From the NCBI GenBank assembly GCA_964291495.2, contig OZ219871.1:1504001-1568000 (forward strand): DNA of 64,000 nucleotides, written 5' to 3'. The notes beneath the pieces are model-generated. The model saw nothing but the letters and a program-made list of their open reading frames with translations. It was not told the origin of the DNA and did no database searches. The stretch comes from Dehalococcoidia bacterium (GTDB lineage Bacteria > Chloroflexota > Dehalococcoidia > UBA2979). Of this stretch, positions 19,710 through 29,294 are shown piece after piece. Position numbers and translations under genes: made by a program. Position 1 is the stretch's first letter. Every line of letters begins with the position of its first letter.

Positions 19710-20049
19710 AGCCGCGACCGACGCCCCCGAGGCCGCCTCCGAACGTCCCAGCGAGGAGCAGCTCTGGGAGGTGCTCCGCCAGATCGAGGATCCCGAGCTG
19801 CGGATGGGAATCGCCGATCTGGGTCTGATCTACTACGTCAACATCGACGACGAGGGCCTCGTCACCATCGACATGACGCTGACCAGCCCGGCCTGTCCTG
19901 TGGGGCCGATGCTGCAGGGGCAGGCCTACCATCTGCTCACACAGATGGACGGCGTCGAGGACGTCGAGGTGAACCTCGTCTGGGATCCCCCCTGGGACCC
20001 GAAGACGATGGCCTCCGAAGAGGTGCGGATGCAGCTCGGCATCTGGTAG
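19702..20049 (+). CDS. sufT: DUF59/SufT Fe-S cluster assembly factor
   Basis: DPEL, DLGLIY, MTLTSPACP, WDPPW. Confidence 0.9.
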   Translation: MAEAATDAPEAASERPSEEQLWEVLRQIEDPELRMGIADLGLIYYVNIDDEGLVTIDMTLTSPACPVGPMLQGQAYHLLTQMDGVEDVEVNLVWDPPWDPKTMASEEVRMQLGIW

Positions 20050-20139
20050 CCGCGAGCGGCGCGCATTCCGCGTACCATCCGCCCGGCCGGACGGCGTCGG
20101 TCCTCCGGCGCGACAACCGGACAGATCGAGCAGCGCCGC

Positions 20140-21900
20140 ATGAGCAGCCCGCAGCAACCGTCTTCTCGCGTACACAGTCGCCGCGCCGCCCTGCGCTCCG
20201 GCGCCTGGGCCGCCGGTGGCCTGCTGCTTGCGGCCTGCATCCTCGACGATGAAGAGAGCACGCCCGAGGTCGTCGTCGCGGAGCGCGCCGCCGAGCCCCC
20301 CGAGGCGTTCGAGGAAGGGACCACCGCGGAGGCGCCGCCCCTTCGCCCACCGACCCCGACGGCGACGCCCCCCCTGCTCGCGCAGGAGTCGCCCGCCCCG
20401 GAAGGCGAGCGCGGGATCATGCGGCAGGGCGTGGTCGGTGAAGCCGTACCGCCTCTGGCGCTGACCCAGGCACGCCTGGTCGCGGTCGATCAGCGCAACG
20501 GCGAGATCCACGGAGACCTCGCCGTGCGCATCGAGCAGGCGGGCTCGCTCGAGCTGGTCGTGCAGCTGCGCCCGGGCGTCTCGTTCCATCCCCCGCCCGG
20601 CGAGCGGGACGGGCCGCCCCTGGACGCTGCCGCCGTGGCGTCGGACTTCGCGAGCCGCGCCGAGGCGAGAGAGTTTCTCTTCGCGGCGGCGATCGGCACA
20701 GTCGAGACGCCCGAGGCGGACACGCTGCGGCTCAGCCTCAACGCGCCCTTTGCGCTCCTGTTCGAGTTGCTCGGGGATACCGCGAGCGCCGCCGTACGCA
20801 CGGACGAGGTCTCCGAGTTCGGACAGCCGATCGGCGCCGGGCCGTTCATCGCCCGGCGGCGCGCCGACGGCGGCGTCTCGCTGCTGCCGCACGCGCGCTA
20901 CCACCATCGAGGGCTGCCGATGCTCGACGAGCTGCGGATGGTCTCCGCCGAGCGAGCGGAGGCCCTCGATGCTGCCTTCGAGAGCGGGGCGCTCGACATC
21001 AACATGCTCGATGCGCCGGACAGCGTGGCCCGCGCGGAGCAGCGCGAGGGCGCCCGCACGCTGACGCGCTCGACCCGGAGCGTCCGCGGCCTCGGCCTCT
21101 CGCTCGTCGGTACGAAGGACGGCAGGCGCGTGCGCTTCCACCCGGCGTTCCAGGACGAGCGCGTCCGGCGTGCGATCTTCGTCGCCCTCGATCATCGGCG
21201 GCTCGCGCTGCGGGAGGGCGCCGGGGCGGAGTATCCGACGGGCCCGGTCGGCCCATCGTTCGCCGCCGATGCGCTCCCGCGCTACGAGCTCGCCGCGCAT
21301 CCGCTGTTCGGCCACGATCCCGGCGAGGCCCGGAGGCTGCTCGCCGCTGCGGGGGTTCCGAACCTCGCGTTCTCGCTCGAGGCGCCGGACCGGGCGCCGT
21401 TCACCATCCTGGTCCGCGCGCTGGTCCAGCAGTTGCAGGAAGGCGGCTTCAGCCCGCGCTTGAACACCGTGAGCGACGAGCAATGGCGGCGCGACCTGGC
21501 CCGCGGCGACTTCGAGGCGATCCTGTTCGAGCTGGAACCCGTGCGCACGCCCGATGTCGGGCTGCGGCTGCATACCTCCGCGGGACTCAGTGACTTCTCG
21601 CTGTGGGGCTACTCGAACCCGCTCTACGACCTCGCGGTCGAGGAGGCGATGACCGCCCTCGATCCCGCCGATCGGGGTCGCCGCGCGCGCGAGGCGCAGC
21701 GCCTCCTGCTCGACGACGTGCCGGCGTTGGTCCCGCTCACCGAGCCGATCGAGCGAGTCGCCGTCTCGGCCCGCGTCGCCGGCTACTCCTGGAACGCCCA
21801 CGAGTTCAACGAGACCTGGCAAGCCGCGCGCTGGCGCATTCGCGACACCGCAGCGCGCCGCGTGCCGGACGGGGTCGCCGCCTCGGTGGCCGCGCTGTGA
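20140..21900 (+). CDS. ABC transporter substrate-binding protein, family 5 (probable Tat lipoprotein)
   Basis: SRRAAL...LLLAAC signal, LRPGVSFH, PIGAGPF, DERVRRAI, EARRLLAAAG, YSNP. Confidence 0.8.
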   Translation: MSSPQQPSSRVHSRRAALRSGAWAAGGLLLAACILDDEESTPEVVVAERAAEPPEAFEEGTTAEAPPLRPPTPTATPPLLAQESPAPEGERGIMRQGVVGEAVPPLALTQARLVAVDQRNGEIHGDLAVRIEQAGSLELVVQLRPGVSFHPPPGERDGPPLDAAAVASDFASRAEAREFLFAAAIGTVETPEADTLRLSLNAPFALLFELLGDTASAAVRTDEVSEFGQPIGAGPFIARRRADGGVSLLPHARYHHRGLPMLDELRMVSAERAEALDAAFESGALDINMLDAPDSVARAEQREGARTLTRSTRSVRGLGLSLVGTKDGRRVRFHPAFQDERVRRAIFVALDHRRLALREGAGAEYPTGPVGPSFAADALPRYELAAHPLFGHDPGEARRLLAAAGVPNLAFSLEAPDRAPFTILVRALVQQLQEGGFSPRLNTVSDEQWRRDLARGDFEAILFELEPVRTPDVGLRLHTSAGLSDFSLWGYSNPLYDLAVEEAMTALDPADRGRRAREAQRLLLDDVPALVPLTEPIERVAVSARVAGYSWNAHEFNETWQAARWRIRDTAARRVPDGVAASVAAL

Positions 21901-22712
21901 GCACCCCGCCGCCGGCGGAGCTGCGCGATGCCCTCGAGGACGCGGTGCGCGCGGCGGGCGAGGCGATCAGCGCGATCATCGCCGGCGGCCGCGTGCGCGT
22001 GGGCATGAAGTGGGGCGAGGGCCCCGTCACGGAGGCCGACCACGCCGCAGACGAGGTGCTGCACGATCGCCTGATGCCGCTGATCGAGGGCGCACACTGG
22101 CTGTCCGAAGAGTCCGGGCAGTCCGCGCCGATCGTCCCCGGGGAGCCGACCTGGGTGGTCGACCCGCTGGACGGCACGCGCGAGTTCCTGCTCGGGTTGC
22201 CCGAGTACGGCGTCTCGGTCGGGCTGTTCCGGGGCGACGAGCTGGCGCTCGGCGCGGTCGCGCTGCCCCCGCACGGCGGCGGCGGCGAGTGGGTGGTGCT
22301 ATCGGGCCTCCTCGAAGGCGACGGTGGCGTCGCCCGCCGCGACGGCGATCCGCTGCCGCCGATCGAGGACGGGCCGGATGTCGGGCGTGTCGTGGTCTCG
22401 CGGCACGACTATGAGCGGCGGCGCTTGCAGTACCAGATCCCGTTCGATGTTCATCCGGCAGGGTCCTCAGTGCTGAAGCTGGCGCAGGTCGCCCTGGGCG
22501 CGGCCGGCGTCTACCTCTCGACGCGCCCTCGCTCGGTGTGGGACGTGGCCGGCGGCGCGGCCGTGGTCGAGGCTGCCGGGGGGGCGCTGCTCGATGCGCG
22601 GGGCGAGCCGCTGCGGCTCTCGCCGCAGCAAATCGGCATCCCGCCCTTCGCCGCCGCCTCGCCCACTCGAGGGCTTGGGTTGCTGCGGGCGATCGGCGCC
22701 GGCCCGCGCTAG
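21897..22712 (+). CDS. Inositol monophosphatase / CysQ family phosphatase
   Basis: PVTEAD, LSEE, WVVDPLDGTREF, WDVAGG; GTGA overlap with upstream gene. Confidence 0.9.
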   Translation: MSTPPPAELRDALEDAVRAAGEAISAIIAGGRVRVGMKWGEGPVTEADHAADEVLHDRLMPLIEGAHWLSEESGQSAPIVPGEPTWVVDPLDGTREFLLGLPEYGVSVGLFRGDELALGAVALPPHGGGGEWVVLSGLLEGDGGVARRDGDPLPPIEDGPDVGRVVVSRHDYERRRLQYQIPFDVHPAGSSVLKLAQVALGAAGVYLSTRPRSVWDVAGGAAVVEAAGGALLDARGEPLRLSPQQIGIPPFAAASPTRGLGLLRAIGAGPR

Positions 22713-22726
22713 GCGGACAGGACAGG

Positions 22727-24124
22727 CTAGTGTGCCGCGCGCCGCCTCGATACTGCGCTGCGCACGCCGGCCGCCGTGTGGCGGCGGCTGCCCGGCTCGG
22801 CGGTCGGCACGCTCGCGCCGATCACGGTGCGGCGGAAGCGCCGGGCGAAGATCAGGATCGCGAGCGCGCCGATGATCACGAGCGTGGCGTAGACGATCTG
22901 CGCGCGTTGCACGCCGATCGCCTCGGCAATCGCGCCGCCCGCGGCCGCGCCCATCAGCATCGTCGCGCGGTCGAAGGCGAGCAGGCCCATCAGGCGCCCT
23001 CGCATCTGGTCCGGCGCGGCGTCCAGCACCACCACCTGGACCAGCGCGAAGATGCCGGACTGGAACAGCCCGACGCCGAAGACGAGCACCAGCGGCAGCA
23101 CCAGCCAGGGACGCCCGAGGGCATCCGGGACGTAGCTGCTGAGCGAGAAGACGATCAGCAGCGCGCCCATCGCGGCCATCATCAGCGGCAGCAGCTGCCC
23201 GAGGTTGCGCGGCGAGCGCGAGGCGATGATCAGCGCCCCGGTCAGCGACCCGAGCCCGGTGATCGACATCATGATCCCGAACCCGAAGGGGCCGATGTCC
23301 AGCACCTCGAGGGCGAACAGCGCCGCGAAGAGGTGCAGGAACGACAGCCCGAACGCGAAGTGGATGAGCGCCAGCGAGATCGCCCCGCGGATCGCGGGCG
23401 TGCCGATCGCGTAGCGCATCGCGTCGCCGAGGCCGGCGAGCATCGCCGCCGCGCCGCTCTCCTCGGGGCGGACGTGCGTCGCCACGCGCAGCAGCGCTGT
23501 CGAGACGACCGCACCGACGTAGATCAGCGCGATCGCGACGAATGCCCCGTCGACGCCGATCACGGCGATGGTGAAGCCGGCGACCGCCGTGCCGAAGATG
23601 CGCATCGAGTTTTGCGTGGCGCTCAGCAGCGCGATCGCGTTCGTGACGCGGTCCGCGGGCACGACGGTCGGCACGAGCGCTTGCCGCGCCGGCTGATCGA
23701 ACGCCATCGTGGTGCCGCGCACCGCGGCGGCCGCGTAGATGTGCCACAGCTCCAGCAGGTCGAAGATCAGCAGCGAGGCGAAGACGACGTTGAGCAGCAG
23801 TGCACCGTACTGCGAGAGCTGCAGCACGAGCTTGCGGTCGAACCAGTCGATCATCACCCCGGCGAGGATGCCGAAGCCGAACTGGGGCAGCGTCCGCGCC
23901 ACGATCACGCCGCCGAGCTGCAGCGGCGACTCGGTCAGCTCGTAGATCAGGTAGGGGCGGGCGATCTGCTCCATCCAGAGCGCCAGCGCGTGGCTGACGA
24001 CCCCGAACCAGAGCAGCCGGAAGTTGCGGATCCGCAGCGAGGAGAAGATGCCCTCGTGGGCCGCATCGCGAGCGGGCGCGGCCGGGTCGGGCGTCTCCCC
24101 GTCCTCGTCGCGCACGCCAGCCAT
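22727..24124 (-). CDS. MFS transporter
   Basis: About 12 TM segments; SLRIRNFRLLW, AGVMIDWFDRK, FDQPARQAL, MRGR. Confidence 0.92.
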   Translation of the reverse strand: MAGVRDEDGETPDPAAPARDAAHEGIFSSLRIRNFRLLWFGVVSHALALWMEQIARPYLIYELTESPLQLGGVIVARTLPQFGFGILAGVMIDWFDRKLVLQLSQYGALLLNVVFASLLIFDLLELWHIYAAAAVRGTTMAFDQPARQALVPTVVPADRVTNAIALLSATQNSMRIFGTAVAGFTIAVIGVDGAFVAIALIYVGAVVSTALLRVATHVRPEESGAAAMLAGLGDAMRYAIGTPAIRGAISLALIHFAFGLSFLHLFAALFALEVLDIGPFGFGIMMSITGLGSLTGALIIASRSPRNLGQLLPLMMAAMGALLIVFSLSSYVPDALGRPWLVLPLVLVFGVGLFQSGIFALVQVVVLDAAPDQMRGRLMGLLAFDRATMLMGAAAGGAIAEAIGVQRAQIVYATLVIIGALAILIFARRFRRTVIGASVPTAEPGSRRHTAAGVRSAVSRRRAAH

Positions 24125-24159
24125 GCCCCGACGCTACCCCGGCCCGCCGGGCGAGTCTA

Positions 24160-25030
24160 GCGAGGCCCGCCCACCCACCCACCCGCCCTCAATGGATGCG
24201 GGGCTGCGCCCCGCGCCCCTCTCCGTGGGGGCTCTGCCCCACACCCCCTCGGAACTATCGAGGGCGCAGCCAACGCCCAAGGGCAGATCCGGCCCCCTCT
24301 CCTGGGGGAGAGGGCGGGGGTGAGGGGGCTCGCCACGGCTGACTGCCGCCTCTGAAGGTTCGTGCGCCGCAGGGCCTCTTGCCCGGCGCGCGTCGGACGA
24401 GCGGGCGCACCGTCTTGCTCTTGACGCGGGGATACCCGCAGGGCCGCTCGGCTGGATTCCGGCTTTCGCCGGAATGACGGGAAAGGGCTCCGGCCCCCTC
24501 TCCTGGGGGAGAGGGCGGGGGTGAGGGGGCTCGCCACGCTTGACTGCCGCCTCTGAAGGTTCGTGCGCCTCAGGGCTTCTTGCCCGGCGCGCGTCGGACG
24601 AGCGGGCGCACCGTCTTGCTCTTGACGCGGGGATACCCGCAGGGCCACTCGGCTGGATTCCGGCTTTCGCCGGAATGACGGGGAGGGGCTCCGGCCCCCT
24701 CTCCCCGAGGGAGAGGGCGGGTGAGGGAGCCTCCGGGCCACGTTGCGCCATCGGGGTCTGTTGCGCTTCGGGGGCTCGGCGGTGGGTTGGCGTGCCTGGA
24801 TTCCGGCTTTCGCCGGAATGACGGGAAGGGCTCCGGCCCCCTCTCCCCGAGGGAGAGGGCGGGGGTGAGGGAGCCTCCGGGCCACGTTGCGCCAACGGGG
24901 CCTGTTGCGCATCGGGCGCTCTCGGGGGCTTGGCGGTGGGTGGGCGTGCCCGGATTCCGGCTTTCGCCGGAATGACGGGAGGGGCCGGATGACGGAAGGG
25001 GCCAGGTGACGGGAAGGGGCGGGGGCTGCG
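24160..25030 (+). repeat. Intergenic mosaic tandem array: module C, then [A-spacer1-B]x2 (201-bp period), then [A-spacer2-B]x2
   Basis: A at about 24289, 24490, 24691, 24833; B (GGATTCCGGCTTTCGCCGGAATGACGG) at about 24454, 24655, 24798, 24952. Confidence 0.95.
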
Positions 25031-25061
25031 CCGACTGAGCCGTCGACAGCGCCGGCAAGCG

Positions 25062-25640
25062 CTAGGTCTGGCGAGGCCCGCCCTCGTCGCGCAGCAGCGC
25101 CGCCAGCGCACCGAGGCCGGCGACGCGCCGCACCCGCTCGTCGAGGGGCAGGCCGCGGTTGCGGGGCCAGTCGCGCAGATAGGGCTGCGCCTCGGACCGC
25201 TGGGCGAGCAGCTGCACGGTGCGCCCGTCGTCGTCGATGTGCTCGGCGGCGCCGAGATCGGCGATCGCCTGCAGCTTGAAGTGCGGGCTGCGCAGCGGCG
25301 TCTCGTTGATCACGACGCCGTCGAGCAGCGAGGTGAAGCCGTGCCGCCGCAGCCAGCGATCGGGAGGGCTGCGCCGCCCCGTGAGCAGCAGCAGCGTGCG
25401 CAGCGCGCGCAGCTCCGCCAGCGCCTCGCGCGCGCCGGGCAGCGGCCGGCGCAGCTCGAAGCGAACGGGATCGACGATGCGCTTGAACCAGCGCGCCGGC
25501 ACGCGCGCCGCGGGCGGCGGCGCGTCGGGGTCGAGGAAGGCCCGATGGATGCCGAGGTTGCGGTTGAACGGCGGCTGGCAGATCACGCCGTCCATGTCGA
25601 TGGTCAGCAGCGGCAGTCCGTTGCGCAGTGTCGCCGCCAT
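25062..25640 (-). CDS. HAD-superfamily hydrolase (nucleotidase-like)
   Basis: IDMDGV motif I, LTGR motif II, Lys motif III, HIDDD motif IV. Confidence 0.75.
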   Translation of the reverse strand: MAATLRNGLPLLTIDMDGVICQPPFNRNLGIHRAFLDPDAPPPAARVPARWFKRIVDPVRFELRRPLPGAREALAELRALRTLLLLTGRRSPPDRWLRRHGFTSLLDGVVINETPLRSPHFKLQAIADLGAAEHIDDDGRTVQLLAQRSEAQPYLRDWPRNRGLPLDERVRRVAGLGALAALLRDEGGPRQT

Positions 25641-25651
25641 CGCGCTGCCGG

Positions 25652-28168
25652 TCAGACCTCGATCGGTGGTTCGGGCGGCGTCGGCGGGATGCCCGGCGGC
25701 GGGATCGGCGCGGCGCGCTCGACCGGGATCACGGCGGGTTCGCCGCCGCCGGCCGCGCCGCCCGGCAGCGCGCGCGCGTAGCGCTCGAGGGTGGCCTGCA
25801 CCTCGCCGAAGATCGTGTCCGCAGGGTAGCGGCCGTCCTCGCCCGGTTCGCCCGCCGGCTGACCCGTCAACACCTCGATGCCCTGCTCGATCGTCTCGAC
25901 GGCCCAGACGTGGAACTCGCCCCGCTCGATCGCCTCGGCCACCTCGGGGCGGAGCACGACGTTGTGGACGTTAGCGCGAGGGATCATCACGCCCTGCGTG
26001 CCGTCCAGGCCGCGCGAGCGGCAGACCTCGTAGAAGCCCTCGATCTTCGCCGTCGCCCCGCCGATCGGCTGCACCTCGCCGCGCTGGTTGAGCGAGCCGG
26101 TGACGGCGATCGACTGGTCGATCGGCGTCCCGGAGAGCGAGGAGAGCAGCGCGTACAGCTCTGTCGAGGAGGCCGAGTCGCCGTCGATGTCGCCGTAGAG
26201 CTGCTCGAAGGTGAGGCTGGCGTGCAGCGCCATCGCCTTGTCCTGCCCGAAGCGGTCCGCGAGGAAGCCGCGCAGGATCAGGAAGCCCTTGTTGTGCGTG
26301 CGCCCCGCCATGTCCGTCTCACGCTCGATGTTGACGATCGAGCCCCGCCCCGCCGAGGTGATGCAGGTGATGCGCGAGGGCCGCCCAAAGGTGATGTCGC
26401 CCAGGTTGTAGACGGAGAGCGCGTTGATCTGCCCGACCTTGTAGCCCTCCGTGTCGATGTAGATCGCGCCGTCGTCGATCAGCTGCTGCATGCGGTCGCG
26501 CACGAGCGAAGAGCGGTACTCGTGCTCCTCGAGGGCGCGGTCGACGTGCTGGCGCAGCACCTCGTGCGCGCCGTCCTGCACGGCCCAGAAGTCCGCCTGG
26601 CGGGCGATGTCGAGCAACTCGCCCATGTTGCCGGAGAGCCGCCGCTGATCCTCGACGCGGCGCGAGGCGTGCTCGATGACTCGCGCCGCCGCCTCGTCGC
26701 GGAAGCGGCGCATCCCGGCCAGGTGGCACTGGCGGTGAATGACCGAGGCGATCCCGAGCATGGTGTGCGCGTTGCGCTCGACGTCCACCTCGAAGTCGGC
26801 CTTCACGCGGAACAGCTCCCGGAAGTCCGGGTCGAGGCGGAACAGGTAGGCGTAGAGTCCCGGGTCGCCGACGATCACGACCTTCGTCTCGATCGGGGAG
26901 GGCGCCGGACGTAGCCCGGCGGGCGGGACCACGCCGAGCGCCTGCGCGCGCGACTCCGGCATCAGCTCGCCGGAGCTGAGGGCGCGCTTGAGGCCCTCGT
27001 AGGCGGCGGGATCCTGCAGCAGGTCGCGCATGCGCAGCATCAGGTAGCCGCCGCTCGCGAGGGCGAGCGAGCCGGGGCGGATCATCGTGTGATCCGTGAC
27101 CACCGTGCCGAACTGGCCGACGTACTCGATGCGGCCCAGCAGGTTCCCGAAGTTCGGGTTGTGCTCGCTGATCACCGGCGCGCCGCCGTCCGGGTCGTTG
27201 CTGATGAAGACGTTCACCTGATAGCGGCGCAGCAGCGCCTCGCGTTGTTGCGCCGGCCCCGGCAGGCCGGGCGGCTGCGGGGCGACCGGCTGCACCGCGC
27301 CTTGCTGCTCGCGGAAGCGGTCGCGCTCGCGCTGCATGTCGGCGCAGACCGCCTCGATGAAGCGCAGCGGTTCCGGCTCGTCGCGCCAGCGCTCCTGCAG
27401 CGGCTCGAAGAGGTGCTCGATCGCGAAGCGCGCCACCTGCTCGTCGAGCGCCTCGATGTGTTCCTGCGTCTCGCGTTGCACCCCGCGCATCGCGAGCAGC
27501 GCGTCCTGCACCAGCGGCTCCAGCTGCTCGCGCGAGCGCTCCTGGATCTGCTCGCGCTGCTCCGCCGGCAGCGCCGCCATCACCTCGTCACCCGCCGGCT
27601 GGCCGTCGATGATCGGCGCGGAGACGACGCCGCCCGGCGTCAGCTGCAGCGCGAAGCCGAGCTGCCCGGCCTGCTGCTGCAAGTCCTCCAGCATCGAGGC
27701 GCGGCGCTGCTCCTGCTCCTGCAGCACGGCGGAGCGCTGGCGGATGTACGAGTCGGCGTCGAACGCCTCGCGCAGCTCGGCGCTCGCGTGCTCCACGGCG
27801 CCGCGCATCGCCTCGGCGAAGGCGCGGCCCTCGCCGGCGGGCAGCTCAATCCCGTCCGGGCGATCCGGATCCTCGAAGTTGTGGACGTAGACCCAGTCCG
27901 GTGGCGCCGGGCGCGTCTCCGCGTAGCGTCTCAGGTAGGACTCGACGATCGAGGACTTGCCGATGCCGTCCGGCCCGGAGGCGTAGAGGTTGTAGCCGCG
28001 GGCCTCCATGCCGAGCGCGAACTCGATCGCGCGGACGGCGCGCTCCTGACCGAAGACGGCGTCCATGGCGTGCAGATCCGCGGTGCTCGCGAAGGGCAAC
28101 GAGGCGGGGTCGCAGCGGGCGGTCAACGCCTCGGCGCTCACCTCCCGGGCGTCTCGCCGCTCGCTCAT
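25652..28168 (-). CDS. Lon-like (LonC/YcbZ-type) AAA protease, peptidase S16
   Basis: GQERA, GPDGIGKS, DWVYVHNF, GQINALSV, FEQLYG.IDGDSAS (catalytic Ser), AVTGS, KIEGF. Confidence 0.93.
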   Translation of the reverse strand: MSERRDAREVSAEALTARCDPASLPFASTADLHAMDAVFGQERAVRAIEFALGMEARGYNLYASGPDGIGKSSIVESYLRRYAETRPAPPDWVYVHNFEDPDRPDGIELPAGEGRAFAEAMRGAVEHASAELREAFDADSYIRQRSAVLQEQEQRRASMLEDLQQQAGQLGFALQLTPGGVVSAPIIDGQPAGDEVMAALPAEQREQIQERSREQLEPLVQDALLAMRGVQRETQEHIEALDEQVARFAIEHLFEPLQERWRDEPEPLRFIEAVCADMQRERDRFREQQGAVQPVAPQPPGLPGPAQQREALLRRYQVNVFISNDPDGGAPVISEHNPNFGNLLGRIEYVGQFGTVVTDHTMIRPGSLALASGGYLMLRMRDLLQDPAAYEGLKRALSSGELMPESRAQALGVVPPAGLRPAPSPIETKVVIVGDPGLYAYLFRLDPDFRELFRVKADFEVDVERNAHTMLGIASVIHRQCHLAGMRRFRDEAAARVIEHASRRVEDQRRLSGNMGELLDIARQADFWAVQDGAHEVLRQHVDRALEEHEYRSSLVRDRMQQLIDDGAIYIDTEGYKVGQINALSVYNLGDITFGRPSRITCITSAGRGSIVNIERETDMAGRTHNKGFLILRGFLADRFGQDKAMALHASLTFEQLYGDIDGDSASSTELYALLSSLSGTPIDQSIAVTGSLNQRGEVQPIGGATAKIEGFYEVCRSRGLDGTQGVMIPRANVHNVVLRPEVAEAIERGEFHVWAVETIEQGIEVLTGQPAGEPGEDGRYPADTIFGEVQATLERYARALPGGAAGGGEPAVIPVERAAPIPPPGIPPTPPEPPIEV

Positions 28169-28292
28169 CGTCTCGTCCATTCCGTGAGGTCGGCGACGCC
28201 GCGCGGTCGCGAGGGATCGTAGCACGGCGGGAGGCTCCCTCCGTGCTAGCCTTCGCGCCAGCGAGGACGACGCGGGTGGAGGGAGCCAGGCG

Positions 28293-29279
28293 ATGCGCGC
28301 TGCCGTCGTGACCGAACCGGGCGGACCGGAGGTGTTGCAGGTCGCCGAGATCGAGGATCCGGTTCCGGGGCCGGAGGAGGCGCTGGTCGCGGTCCACGCG
28401 AGCGCCCTCAACCGCGCCGACTTGATGCAGCGCCGCGGCGGCTATCCCGCGCCGCCGGGCATCCGCCCGGACGTGCCCGGCCTGGAGATGGCCGGCGTCG
28501 TCGAGGCGGTAGGCGAGCGCGTCCAGGCCTGGCAGCCCGGCGACCGCGTGATGGCGCTGATGGGCGGCGGCGGCTACGCCTCGAAGGCGATCGCGCACGA
28601 GCGACAGCTGATGGCGATCCCGGAGGGCCTGAGCTTCGAGCAGGCCGCGTCGATCCCCGAGGTCTACCTCACCGCCTTCGATGCGCTGTTCGGCCACTGC
28701 GAACTGGCGTCCGGCGAGTCCGTGCTGATCCACGCCGTCGGCTCAGGCGTCGGCACCGCCGCGGTGCAACTCGCCGCCCTCGAGGGCTGCCCCAGCTACG
28801 GCACGGCGAGCAGCGACGAGAAGCTGGCGAGCGCCGCCGGGCTCGGCCTCGACGTGGGCATCAACTACCAGCACGAGGACTTCGCCGAGGTGATCGCGGA
28901 GCGTACGGGCGGGCGCGGCGTGAACGTGATCCTCGACGTGGTCGGGGCGCCCTACTGGGATCGCAACATCGCCTCGCTGGCCGTGCGCGGCCGCCTCGTG
29001 CTGGTCGGCACGATGGGCGGCGCCAGGCTGGAGACGAACATCGCGGCGCTCATGCCGAAGCGGCTGCGGGTGCACGGCACGGTGCTGCGCGCGCGACCCC
29101 TCGAGGAGAAGCTGATCCTCAGCCAGCAGTTCGCGGCCCGCTACCTGCACCACTTCGAGACGGGACGGCTGCGCGCGGTGATCGACCGCGTCTTCCCCCT
29201 CGAGGACGCGGCGGGGGCGCACGCCTACATGGAGAGCAACGCCAACTTCGGCAAGATCGTGCTCAGCGTGGAGCAGTAG
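28293..29279 (+). CDS. NAD(P)H:quinone oxidoreductase, PIG3 family (MDR)
   Basis: LNRADLMQRRGGY, PGLEMAG, HAVGSGVGTAA, GKIVL. Confidence 0.92.
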   Translation: MRAAVVTEPGGPEVLQVAEIEDPVPGPEEALVAVHASALNRADLMQRRGGYPAPPGIRPDVPGLEMAGVVEAVGERVQAWQPGDRVMALMGGGGYASKAIAHERQLMAIPEGLSFEQAASIPEVYLTAFDALFGHCELASGESVLIHAVGSGVGTAAVQLAALEGCPSYGTASSDEKLASAAGLGLDVGINYQHEDFAEVIAERTGGRGVNVILDVVGAPYWDRNIASLAVRGRLVLVGTMGGARLETNIAALMPKRLRVHGTVLRARPLEEKLILSQQFAARYLHHFETGRLRAVIDRVFPLEDAAGAHAYMESNANFGKIVLSVEQ

Positions 29280-29294
29280 CGAACCGGATCCCTT

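Noticed and set aside
13420-20049. SUF operon with Rieske ferredoxin and SufT as a novelty
   Set aside because: A similar arrangement is well known in Actinobacteria and related phyla
24280-24980. CRISPR-like repeat-spacer appearance
   Set aside because: Repeat unit about 70 bp, spacers about 70-130 bp and duplicated pairwise, no cas genes, and the same modules are dispersed elsewhere; fits a REP/BIME-like array better
24134-25111. ORFs with VIPAKAGI / PHPRPLP repeats (also at 7.7-8.2, 29.2-30.0 and 63.2-64.0 kb)
   Set aside because: Translations of palindromic DNA repeats, open in several frames because of high GC, with no protein-like composition
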